The translations under genes and the position numbers were made by a program. 44,343 bases of DNA from a virus (lineage: Duplodnaviria > Heunggongvirae > Uroviricota > Caudoviricetes), in the IMG/VR virus record IMGVR_UViG_3300035698_025354. One strand, given 5' to 3'. Positions 17,121 to 26,020 of the stretch are shown here, piece by piece. The notes under the pieces are model-generated. The model had not been told where the DNA came from. It saw only the letters and a program-made list of their open reading frames with translations, and searched no databases. Within the stretch, counting starts at the first letter, position 1; each line of letters begins with the position of its first letter.

Positions 17121-18248
17121 TTAAAGCCAATCATCGGTTTCTTCTGGTGCTTGCTCATTATCAGCTGTTTCCATAGCATTGCTTACTGGCCATAGGTACT
17201 TATCTTCCCAAACATCTGGCTTACCTTCAAAAACATCTCCCTTTTTAGGAATTTTGGAGAAGTTTGGTAGCTGCATTTGTGCACCAATTGGGATATTTGC
17301 CAATGATTCAGAAACTGTCTCAGCATCTTTTTTCTTCATATTGAGTTGTTGAAGAAATTCAACAGTGTCATTTAAAGTCAGGGTCCCTTCGGTTAGACCA
17401 ATGATAGCAGCTTGAACGCATGGTAAATGTTTTGTATTTGGAAGTGATATTACACGTTCACTTCCAACATGTTCTGACCAAAAATGTTTTGTGTCTCTGC
17501 TGTGTCCGACAAGAAGCACAAATGCATGTGCTCTGTCTAATAGTGCACTCCAAACATCTTTAAGTTGAATTGGACCACGTTGGCTTATTTGGTGGCCATT
17601 TTCAGAGGCTTTATCAAAGGCTTTATCACCAAAGACTCTTTTGACAACCTCTGGATCAATAATGCCGCGTCCAGGTGCGTCTGTTACTGTAAAATCGTAT
17701 CCTTTAAGACCGATCCTATTAATGTAATGTCTGCAAAGATATGCCCCGCCAAAGATCCCTAAATCTGGATCTTCTGGATTATCGCCACCGCCGTGTTCGG
17801 GTACCATTAATGTTAATTGCTTTACAATTTTTAAGGCATCCATTTCAAATTGTGGACGGCAAAGAACAAAATTGTCTTTAACATCACCAAAGATTCCTGT
17901 GGCGACTTGAATATCATAGCCATCTAAAACTTTAGACCATGATTCAAATGCGTCTGGTAAAACGTCCATAGCGACGTCAACATTGTTACCCATGCTTCCT
18001 GTTGTGTCAACGCGTGTTTCAATTGGCATCGGTGTCCCAACTAGCATTTCCCATGTGTCATCTTCCTTTTTTTCGACGCGTGGTAATGATAATCTTGTCG
18101 TTCCGAACCCTGCTGGGTCTACAAGCGGTTCCAGTTTTCCAGTTTCAATTGCTTTCTGTTCAGCACGCTTTGTCACATGGGTAGAACTAACAGACGCTGT
18201 TGATTTTGCTGCTGTATATAAAGATCGTGTAAAAACTTCTCGTCCCAT
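17121..18248 (-). CDS. von Willebrand factor A (MIDAS) domain protein
   Basis: VDTTGSMG (DxT/SxS), GIFGD, GGGDNPED, FTVTDA. Confidence 0.85.
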   Translation of the reverse strand: MGREVFTRSLYTAAKSTASVSSTHVTKRAEQKAIETGKLEPLVDPAGFGTTRLSLPRVEKKEDDTWEMLVGTPMPIETRVDTTGSMGNNVDVAMDVLPDAFESWSKVLDGYDIQVATGIFGDVKDNFVLCRPQFEMDALKIVKQLTLMVPEHGGGDNPEDPDLGIFGGAYLCRHYINRIGLKGYDFTVTDAPGRGIIDPEVVKRVFGDKAFDKASENGHQISQRGPIQLKDVWSALLDRAHAFVLLVGHSRDTKHFWSEHVGSERVISLPNTKHLPCVQAAIIGLTEGTLTLNDTVEFLQQLNMKKKDAETVSESLANIPIGAQMQLPNFSKIPKKGDVFEGKPDVWEDKYLWPVSNAMETADNEQAPEETDDWL

Positions 18249-18260
18249 TATAAGATTCCT

Positions 18261-19064
18261 TTATTTTTTAATAGTAGTAAATTCATGAAATCCTTTTTCC
18301 CACGAGGAAAAAGGATTTTCACAAAGGTCATCGACAATCGTATAGAGTAATTTATGTGCTTTACTTGCGTCAGTGTTTCCAGTATTTGCTAATGATTTTA
18401 AATAATTCACGTATGGTGATTCAATAGTGTCATGATGATATGAAAGACCGCCCAGAGCTTTTATTACACATTTTGCGGCTAACTTAACTTCTTTTCGTCG
18501 AGTTGATGCTGAAACTTCTTCTGAACATATTAACGATTTTGACCAATTAAATACGATCACATAGTGCAAATCTGGCTCAATTAAAATATTGTTTCCAGAA
18601 ATATCATTGACTTCAATTCTATTATCATGGGCAAATGATATTGTTTTTAATAATTTTCCCATGATCCAAGCACTGGTTTTTAGATCTATTCGTAGCGAGT
18701 CTTTCCAGATTTTAATCAATGGCACAACTGATCCAATATTTTTAACATTTCTAAATCCTAAAATATTGGCGTGTCTTACTCCTTGATTTGTTAAGACGAT
18801 TTCATCGTGTAATTTGGGGAATCCGAGATGATAATTAAATGACGCATCTGGGTGTTCTTCATGAATTTTATCAGACGCCTGGGCTAATTTGTTTATAATC
18901 CAAGCATTTCGCGATATGCTGCTACTATCTAATTGCTCAGATGCTACTTGCATCAACAATTCATGACCATTCTTGTCAGTACAAGTCCATATGCGATATT
19001 GTTTGTTTTGTGCAACTATTTTGTTAAACACATACTTATTATTATCGTTATTAAATTCCATCAT
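18261..19064 (-). CDS. protein-kinase-fold protein, probable pseudokinase
   Basis: WIMGKLLKTISFAHDNRIEVNDISGNNILI..HYVIVFNW matches subdomains VIa-VII; beta3 Lys reads Q (LLMQV); DFG reads NWS. Confidence 0.75.
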   Translation of the reverse strand: MMEFNNDNNKYVFNKIVAQNKQYRIWTCTDKNGHELLMQVASEQLDSSSISRNAWIINKLAQASDKIHEEHPDASFNYHLGFPKLHDEIVLTNQGVRHANILGFRNVKNIGSVVPLIKIWKDSLRIDLKTSAWIMGKLLKTISFAHDNRIEVNDISGNNILIEPDLHYVIVFNWSKSLICSEEVSASTRRKEVKLAAKCVIKALGGLSYHHDTIESPYVNYLKSLANTGNTDASKAHKLLYTIVDDLCENPFSSWEKGFHEFTTIKK

Positions 19065-19177
19065 ATACCTTCAATACATTCAGCTGGATGTTAGAATTAT
19101 TACCATTTTCCCTATTATGTTACAAAGTGGGGGAGTGGTATTGTTGTCTATACGTGTTGCACAGATACGTGTATTAG

Positions 19178-19723
19178 TTAAATTGTATCTTTATCAGATA
19201 GGTCTAAATATTTACTTATCCTATTTTTTAAGGATAATTTTAATATTTCATGACCTATTTTATATAAGAACACATAACCATCTTCTTCGACGTATTCGTC
19301 ATTTTCTGCGTCAACATCCTGGAAACAATTGTCTATTATAGCCACTGCCATAAAATTCAATTTTTGTAGAAATAGCTGAGCATTAAGATTGGATTCTTTA
19401 ACATCAATGGTTGCTTCTTGTCTTTTGTTGGGGGGTACGGCCAACTTCTTTATTACTCTTTCTATTAGAAGTTTTCCTATGCCTCTCATTCTTTTATCAT
19501 GCCTTACGGCTATTTTTAATATTGAAATCGATTTTTCTTCTAATTCATATATTAAATATCCTAAGATTTTTTTATTTTCTTCAAACACTATTCCTATACT
19601 GTTTCTTTTTCTTAAGTATTCTTTTATTGTTTCTTCTGACCATGGGTAATCAAAGCAGTGCTTCTCAATTTCTAAAATTTGTGGTATGTCTTTTTGTATC
19701 AACCATCTGATTTTACCGCCCAT
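19178..19723 (-). CDS. rimI: RimI-like GNAT N-acetyltransferase
   Basis: IRWLIQKDIPQILEIE..FDYPW, GYLIYEL, IAV..RMRGIG, VKESNLNAQLF, EDGY. Confidence 0.8.
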   Translation of the reverse strand: MGGKIRWLIQKDIPQILEIEKHCFDYPWSEETIKEYLRKRNSIGIVFEENKKILGYLIYELEEKSISILKIAVRHDKRMRGIGKLLIERVIKKLAVPPNKRQEATIDVKESNLNAQLFLQKLNFMAVAIIDNCFQDVDAENDEYVEEDGYVFLYKIGHEILKLSLKNRISKYLDLSDKDTI

Positions 19724-19748
19724 AGGTAAGGCCCTTTTATGTTTTCTC

Positions 19749-20174
19749 TTATTTTAAGTGTACTAACAAGAGTTTTAATTCATCATTTGTAAAATTTTTA
19801 AGTTTATCTTTAATAGATCTAAATAATAGCATTTTCTTATTATAATCTTCCATTACTGATTGATGCTTTAATTTTTCTTTATTAAAGATTGCTACTATAG
19901 TATCTTTTGTTGCACACCCTGTCCCTCCACAATATGTGCACTTATACCAATTTGCGTGCGAATACCCCTCTATGGGGCAACGTTCCTTTTTATCTCTGAC
20001 TCGTGATGTACCTCTACATTCTGGGCATGGCCATGTCTTTGCGAATTTTTCAGGTTTTATTAGTGGACTCAAAATGAGATTTTTGGCATCTTTTAAAGAT
20101 TTATACTTTTTAGATGGTTTTTCAGGCTTTAATTTGTTTAAAATCAAAATGTTGCGTGAAGTAGCTCTTTTCAT
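19749..20174 (-). CDS. DnaJ-type CxxCxGxG zinc-finger protein
   Basis: CPECRGTS and CTYCGGTG. Confidence 0.7.
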   Translation of the reverse strand: MKRATSRNILILNKLKPEKPSKKYKSLKDAKNLILSPLIKPEKFAKTWPCPECRGTSRVRDKKERCPIEGYSHANWYKCTYCGGTGCATKDTIVAIFNKEKLKHQSVMEDYNKKMLLFRSIKDKLKNFTNDELKLLLVHLK

Positions 20175-20176
20175 GA

Positions 20177-20392
20177 TTAGATTCCTTGAATTTCATATCC
20201 TTGAGGCGGCAATACGATTCCATCATCAAAATTGTCTGGAACATACGTAATGGCGATCACATTTTTACCATTTTTTACGTTTGGGAATATTCTACCAGAA
20301 AATGCTGTTAGAACTTTACCTGGTTTATTATTTATATAAATACGTCTATCTTCTCCGAGATATAAAATTACTTGTTCGCCGTTTTTGTACAT
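20177..20392 (-). CDS. hypothetical protein
   Basis: 71-aa ORF with AGGA RBS, tightly packed. Confidence 0.75.
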   Translation of the reverse strand: MYKNGEQVILYLGEDRRIYINNKPGKVLTAFSGRIFPNVKNGKNVIAITYVPDNFDDGIVLPPQGYEIQGI

Positions 20393-20453
20393 ATTTAATC
20401 CTATGAGATGCTAGTCAAAATTATTATAACTTTTTATTATGTAAGGTTTGAAT

Positions 20454-20924
20454 ATGTTTGACAGTCCAAGAGATATTGCGAATTTGATTAATGAAGACCC
20501 AGATATTTTAAATGAAATGTCTAAACATATTTGGGATTATGATCTTGAATTAACATACAGAGAACTTGAAGATTCAAAACTTGTCGATGACAATGGTAAT
20601 TATTATATGGCAAATGTTGAATTTACAATTGGAGCAGACTTTGTAAAGCCAGAATCCCCAATAATGTATAATAGGGATGGCGTAGGACATCCAGGAAGTT
20701 CAGCGTCGTCTGATTGGGAAATCACTAGTATCGATGATGTTGACTTGTTCAATATGGAAACGGGGCAAAAAGTTCGTAACTTTAAAATGACCCCTAAATG
20801 GGAATAAAGAATAAGACATGCGTTGATGAATAATATATCAGAAGAAGAAATTTCTGATAAAGTTGCTGAAAAACAAGCTGAACGCCATGATCCATCAAAT
20901 AAAACTGACATGATGGATTATTAA
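20454..20924 (+). pseudogene. acidic hypothetical protein with an internal in-frame TAA (20805-20807)
   Basis: Frame continues 38 protein-like codons (RIRHALMNNISEEEISDKVAEK...) to the TAA at 20922-20924, overlapping the convergent gene's stop. Confidence 0.55.
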
Positions 20925-21559
20925 AATTTTACGGCAGTGATATCGTATTTTGCTTGATCCCAAACATAATTATAAATAGTATATTTCATATCCAGCAATT
21001 TTTCTATTACCTGATCTACTTTTTCAGGTGGTGTTAGAACATTAGCCTCAAAATTTATAACCCCCGGACTATATTTATCAAAATCAAATTGCATTATAAT
21101 GTCTGAATCTTTTCCTTCAACATCAAGATGTAATAGATCGATTTTATTAACCGCATGTTTCTTTAATATATTATCAAAAAGCATGCAAGAAACCGTTTCC
21201 TTTTTTATTCCTTCAGCTTTAAGGTTTACATTAATAGCAAGTGAAGCTGTTGATTTATCAGCATCACGAAACATATCTTTTTGGCCTTCTTCAAAATCAA
21301 CAGCTGAATTTTCAAATTTAACATTTGGATTGTTTGAATAATTATTAACAAGTTTATCGTAAAATTGTTTTATTGGCTCTACTAATAGGCCATTCCATTG
21401 ATACTTCATAGCCGAGTGATAGATGGGATCTCCGGAGATCCCATCATACGCCCCAACTTCTACAAAATATGTGTTTTTCCTTATATTATCTAATGACGCT
21501 AAGATGTTTTTAAATTCTACGTCATTGATTGTTCTTAATGCAGCTCTTAAATTTTTCAT
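20921..21559 (-). CDS. FkbM-family methyltransferase
   Basis: FVEVGAYDG, LLVEP, IDLLHLDVEG, INFE. Confidence 0.9.
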   Translation of the reverse strand: MKNLRAALRTINDVEFKNILASLDNIRKNTYFVEVGAYDGISGDPIYHSAMKYQWNGLLVEPIKQFYDKLVNNYSNNPNVKFENSAVDFEEGQKDMFRDADKSTASLAINVNLKAEGIKKETVSCMLFDNILKKHAVNKIDLLHLDVEGKDSDIIMQFDFDKYSPGVINFEANVLTPPEKVDQVIEKLLDMKYTIYNYVWDQAKYDITAVKF

Positions 21560-21571
21560 ATCATAGTTTTG

Positions 21572-21997
21572 CTAATGTCTTATATAACACAAAAGCACAA
21601 TGCAGCATAAAATGACGCATAATTTTAAAGCATTTTTTATGATTTTTATTTTATTTCGCCTTTTAATATAATTTTTATTTGAATCTTCTAGAAATTTTTT
21701 GATGTTATATATCAAATTCGGGTCTTGAATATCAAATTTTTCATTTGATACTTGTGTCTTTTGTTGTGCTATATAATAGCTAAACGAGACAAATAGGTGG
21801 CTACATCCGAAAAGATCTTCTGAAAATGATATAAATACATTATGACCTTTATAAGTCTGATAACTTAATTGAGACCATATTGTGCTTTGTGATAGGTTTA
21901 ATTCTTTTATTATAAGTAATTTCACATGCTTGCGAAATTTAAGTTTCTCAGAATATTCATCTAAATCAAAATCGAGTGGTGGGGGACCAAGAACCAT
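21572..21997 (-). CDS. DxxDP family paralogue with C-terminal transmembrane helix
   Basis: FDIQDPNLIYNI; LCVILCCIVLLCYI tail. Confidence 0.75.
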   Translation of the reverse strand: MVLGPPPLDFDLDEYSEKLKFRKHVKLLIIKELNLSQSTIWSQLSYQTYKGHNVFISFSEDLFGCSHLFVSFSYYIAQQKTQVSNEKFDIQDPNLIYNIKKFLEDSNKNYIKRRNKIKIIKNALKLCVILCCIVLLCYIRH

Positions 21998-21999
21998 GC

Positions 22000-22395
22000 T
22001 TATTCAGCCAAATACGAATGGTCCATTTGTAAATTATCAATTGTACTTTGGAACTCTTCTGGTGGTATTGACTTGGCTTGTCTTAAAGGCCATGTTTTTA
22101 TTATTGGGCTTGATGGTTTATAATATCCAAACCACATGGTGCAAGAACAAGTTGGCTTTTTCCCTATTGCCATTTCAATATTTATAGCTTTTATATTTGG
22201 CATCCACTTACCAGAATCATCTAAAACAATTATCTTATCTGGGCTTGAATCTGCGAATATCACAAACACATATTCTGTCTTAGGAGAATCTAATGTCTTA
22301 GGAGATTTATCGGGAATCTTTTTGGCTTCGTCCTGTGACATAGCTGGTGTTAATAATAATAATGATATTATTATTATAGTTGTTACTTTATGCAT
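22000..22395 (-). CDS. hypothetical secreted protein
   Basis: Signal-peptide-like MHKVTTIIIISLLLLTPAMS. Confidence 0.75.
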   Translation of the reverse strand: MHKVTTIIIISLLLLTPAMSQDEAKKIPDKSPKTLDSPKTEYVFVIFADSSPDKIIVLDDSGKWMPNIKAINIEMAIGKKPTCSCTMWFGYYKPSSPIIKTWPLRQAKSIPPEEFQSTIDNLQMDHSYLAE

Positions 22396-22533
22396 TATTT
22401 GTTCTCGAAAAAGATGAAAGATGCTGTTGTGGTTAGTTGCCTTCGGTATTTATAATACGTGCTTATTCAAAAATAAAATAAATCGGGCTTTAAAAGAATC
22501 AACGATATATCTGCTACCTTAGGTATGCCATCA

Positions 22534-22562
22534 AAGAGCCAGAACAAATTGTTCTGGCTCTT
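22534..22562. repeat. perfect 14-bp inverted repeat with 1-nt spacer
   Basis: AAGAGCCAGAACAA-A-TTGTTCTGGCTCTT. Confidence 0.85.
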
Positions 22563-22572
22563 GCGGTATATA

Positions 22573-22607
22573 GAAGTGGGGGTAAGAAACGATCCTACCC
22601 CCACTTC
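22573..22607. terminator. GC-rich hairpin downstream of 22631..23146, probable terminator
   Basis: GAAGTGGGGGTA...TACCCCCACTTC, 12-bp arms; weak U-tract. Confidence 0.55.
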
Positions 22608-22630
22608 AAAAACAGACCTATTCAAAATAT

Positions 22631-23146
22631 TTACTTTTTGACCACTTTCCCTTTGTGTGTAAGAGACCAGATACCATTACCATCATTAATAGCAATACCA
22701 TCGTTTTTAAGTTTTTGTAAACCAAGCTCAATCATTCTACGATATCTCGGTGAATTATTCCTATATCTTTCATGATCAAGGTTGCCAAGCTTAAAGTGGC
22801 TAGCAACATTAGCGACTAAGTCCATTTTTTTAATTGCTTTGCTTCTTTTGAGTTCGGATACGATAACTGGAATATACTCATCAGTTTTGGTGTATCCATC
22901 GTAAATTCTTTTGATTTTTCGTTTACGACTTTTTGGTTTTGTTTTAGGTTGAGTTTTAGAAGTAGATTGAGTTTTGGGTTGAGTTTTAGAAGTAGATTGA
23001 GTTTTACTGTTAGCATTTACCAACGAATTGTCAAATAATGTAGACATCTCATCCATAAAAGTCGATTTTGTTTCCGCTAAAAGTTTTTTTTGTTGCTTAT
23101 GGTAAGTTGTTACCAAACGTTCAGCGATACTTTGTGGATCATTCAT
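22631..23146 (-). CDS. winged-helix (Mrr N-terminal-like) DNA-binding protein with low-complexity linker
   Basis: YIPVIVSEL...PRYRRMIELGLQKLKNDGI...GIWSLTHKGK. Confidence 0.65.
   Translation of the reverse strand: MNDPQSIAERLVTTYHKQQKKLLAETKSTFMDEMSTLFDNSLVNANSKTQSTSKTQPKTQSTSKTQPKTKPKSRKRKIKRIYDGYTKTDEYIPVIVSELKRSKAIKKMDLVANVASHFKLGNLDHERYRNNSPRYRRMIELGLQKLKNDGIAINDGNGIWSLTHKGKVVKK
22947..23006. repeat. 30-bp intragenic tandem duplication (KTQSTSKTQP x2)
   Basis: GGTTGAGTTTTAGAAGTAGATTGAGTTTT(G/A) twice. Confidence 0.85.
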
Positions 23147-23315
23147 TTTGATTTTCCTTTGTCTTTGTCTTTGATTTTATCCGATTTATTATTTGCAATT
23201 TTTTATTATCAGATAAAATAACCCATTTTGAAATTTCATCAAGTGTCCTATAACACCCAGAACACTTATTATCGATCATTACACAATTATTAATACATGG
23301 AGAATTAATTTTCAT
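23139..23315 (-). CDS. DUF1289-family small Cys-rich protein
   Basis: SPCINNC...CSGCYRTLDEISKW. Confidence 0.85.
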   Translation of the reverse strand: MKINSPCINNCVMIDNKCSGCYRTLDEISKWVILSDNKKLQIINRIKSKTKTKENQNE

Positions 23316-23496
23316 ATTATCTTTTGTAACATTATAGGAACAAAGAAAGGTACTTATGAGTAAACAAGTTACTATATACAAGCGTTATATTGTGTGTATT
23401 AAAAAAATCACAAAACATTGTCAAGATATTCTTGAATGGGTTCCGCATGACACAAAAACACAAATAACGCATAATATATATCTACCAGGCATATCT

Positions 23497-23796
23497 ATGA
23501 ATGATTGGCAAGACGGAATAGAATCATTTAATCAAGAACTAGGGATTATGGTCTGGTTTGGATCAGCAAAAGCTGTAAACAGACCATCAAATAGTAGAGC
23601 TATAATTATAAAAAACAAAGCGTACAGTGTAATGACTTGGACCGATGTGGCTGGGCCACAGCACGGTAGAAGAAATTCGTTATTTAAAATCATTAATAAA
23701 GACACAGTAAATTTTGTTAGAGTCATGGATCGCAACCATAGTAAAATAATTGTAGACGCAATGTATAAATCTAATATCGGGAAAAAATTAGTATGA
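23497..23796 (+). CDS. hypothetical protein (probable start MNDWQ)
   Basis: Part of ORF 23356..23796; ATGA overlap with the next gene. Confidence 0.6.
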   Translation: MNDWQDGIESFNQELGIMVWFGSAKAVNRPSNSRAIIIKNKAYSVMTWTDVAGPQHGRRNSLFKIINKDTVNFVRVMDRNHSKIIVDAMYKSNIGKKLV

Positions 23797-24197
23797 TTGA
23801 AATCATAGTGAAAAATTTTGCTAAAGAATTACAACCATACGCAACCGCACATCCAATAAACAACAAAGTATTGCACGACTGCAATGCTTATCTTTTGGTT
23901 ATTAAAGCATGGTCGTCAAGTACAACGATGATTCAAATAGGGTTTCATCAACATGATGATCACACAATCACTCTTACTCGCACCGGTAAAATTAACGGTA
24001 ATTATTTAGGGTGGGGCAAAATGCTATTAACATTAAAACTAGCTAATGTATACCATGGCGGTATTGATGTTCGTCGACCAGATTCCATAGAAATGATACG
24101 TAAATACATAATGAATTCGATGGAGACAATCGATGATGAAATTGAAGATCAAAAACACAAATTCCCAAAAAAGAAACGTTCTTCTAATAATAACTGA
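23793..24197 (+). CDS. DxxDP family-like paralogue
   Basis: MIEIIVKNFAKEL helix; IDVRRPDSIEMIRKYI. Confidence 0.7.
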   Translation: MIEIIVKNFAKELQPYATAHPINNKVLHDCNAYLLVIKAWSSSTTMIQIGFHQHDDHTITLTRTGKINGNYLGWGKMLLTLKLANVYHGGIDVRRPDSIEMIRKYIMNSMETIDDEIEDQKHKFPKKKRSSNNN

Positions 24198-25437
24198 TCA
24201 ACAACGATACGACGCTGTTGGTTATAATTCTAAATTTGTTAAAACTCCGAATTTAGATAAATTATCTAAGAAATCAATCGTGTGTTCAAACGCATATGTT
24301 CAAAGCCCGCAATGCCAGCCAAGCCGAGCATCAATATTCACTGGAAGATACCCGACAGCCCATAGGGTGTGGTGGAACTCAATAGACCTACCTCATACTG
24401 AAAAAACTATTGGTCATATATTATCTGACGATGGATATAACACAGCATTTTTTGGCAAAGCACACTTTTCTAATCAAGATAAACGTAATATTAAAAATTA
24501 TGGATTCCAGCATGACTTTTTATTTTCTGACTGGATAACATTGCAATCTAAGAAATATGTTAAAATCAAAAAGAAAATGCAATTACCAAAAGATGAATAT
24601 TATAATTGCATGGGAGATAAAAGGTGGATTGGTAAGTTAACTGATAGGGATTTACATCATGAAGACATAATAACTAATAAAGCCATAGATTGGATTACGT
24701 CTTCAAACGACCCAAAATTGTGTGTTGTGAGTTATATTGGACCACATCCGCCATATGCAGCACCACCACCATTTTCAGAACTTTATGATAAAAAAGATAT
24801 GGAAGTTCCAAAAACTAAGTCATATGCATATTCTGGGCATTGTTTAACAGATGATGATTGGAGAGAATTAAAGTCTCAATATTATGGTATGGTATCGTGG
24901 ATAGATGATAATGTTGGAAAATTGTTAAGTGCTGTTAAGGACAACACTATCGTCATTTTTATGTCAGATCATGGTGATATACTAGGTGATCATGGGCATT
25001 TTTCCAAGGGATTATTTGCGTATGATGGTAATGTTAAAATACCATTAATGATTTATAATAACGAAATTCAACCTTGCAAATATGATCACATTGTTCAATC
25101 TATTGACGTATTGCCAACATTATTACATATGTTAAAGATTGTCAGACCAAAGTCCTTGCAGGGAAATATATTAACAAGTGGCTTTAAATCTAATAGTAAG
25201 ATAAATGATTATGCTTTAAGCATGATCGGCTATCGTGATAGATTAAGGATGATAAGGGATGATAAATATAAGTATTGGATCATTGGTCAAGAGGAAAAAT
25301 TGTTTGACTTACAATCAGATCCGGGTGAAAATGTGAATATTAGAAATGGACGCATTTTAAGTCAAATGCGTAAGAAATTGTTATCAGCTTTAATATCTGC
25401 TGAGGACACTATACCGATTCCGCATTCTCACCGGTAG
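24133..25437 (+). CDS. formylglycine-dependent sulfatase (arylsulfatase/choline-sulfatase-like)
   Basis: NVLLIITDQQR, CQPSRASIFTG (CxPxR), GKAH, PHPP, SDHG, SKG, LFDLQSDPGE. Confidence 0.93.
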   Translation: MMKLKIKNTNSQKRNVLLIITDQQRYDAVGYNSKFVKTPNLDKLSKKSIVCSNAYVQSPQCQPSRASIFTGRYPTAHRVWWNSIDLPHTEKTIGHILSDDGYNTAFFGKAHFSNQDKRNIKNYGFQHDFLFSDWITLQSKKYVKIKKKMQLPKDEYYNCMGDKRWIGKLTDRDLHHEDIITNKAIDWITSSNDPKLCVVSYIGPHPPYAAPPPFSELYDKKDMEVPKTKSYAYSGHCLTDDDWRELKSQYYGMVSWIDDNVGKLLSAVKDNTIVIFMSDHGDILGDHGHFSKGLFAYDGNVKIPLMIYNNEIQPCKYDHIVQSIDVLPTLLHMLKIVRPKSLQGNILTSGFKSNSKINDYALSMIGYRDRLRMIRDDKYKYWIIGQEEKLFDLQSDPGENVNIRNGRILSQMRKKLLSALISAEDTIPIPHSHR

Positions 25438-26020
25438 AACCAAATCCATTCTCTCCACGGATGGATTCGCTTACTGTGTTTTGTTGGATTATCGATTGAC
25501 TAAATTTTGTGAGGACTCCCTGCACGATCCTTTGACCATGACTTATTATTATATGGCTCTTAGTCCTATTCCACATTAATGCGAATAATTCACCTCTGTA
25601 ATCTGGGTCTACAATACCCGTACCATTTGCTAGCATGAATCCTTTTATGCCTATCGATGATCTTACATGAAGGTTAAGAAGATACTTGCTATCGAATTCA
25701 CATTTAAATCCGAGAGATGCCATGATCACTTCATCTGGTTCAATGACTATCGATGGGTTTAATAGGCCAAGGCCATGTTTTTCTTTTTCAATTAGATATC
25801 CTTCTGTTGTTTCCCATGATTTTGCTTCGTCTTCTGATAATTCATATCTTTCGACGCTACCTTTCATGGTTGGTATGAATGCTGCTTTCGATGTTCCGAT
25901 TTCAAAGCATGGTCTTTTTAAACATGCTGCGAAATCCATACCGGCTGAATATTTTGTTTCATATTGTGGTAATGGTAAATCATTACCACATAATCTCTCA
26001 AACTTTATCCATTCACTCAT
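25409..26020 (-). CDS. dut: trimeric dUTPase with an insertion after motif I
   Basis: SAGMDF, RSS, GIVDPDYRGE, RIVQ, RGENGFGSTG. Confidence 0.93.
   Translation of the reverse strand: MSEWIKFERLCGNDLPLPQYETKYSAGMDFAACLKRPCFEIGTSKAAFIPTMKGSVERYELSEDEAKSWETTEGYLIEKEKHGLGLLNPSIVIEPDEVIMASLGFKCEFDSKYLLNLHVRSSIGIKGFMLANGTGIVDPDYRGELFALMWNRTKSHIIISHGQRIVQGVLTKFSQSIIQQNTVSESIRGENGFGSTGENAESV

Noticed and set aside
22400-22630. tRNA gene
   Set aside because: Hairpins are present, but no cloverleaf or T-loop consensus
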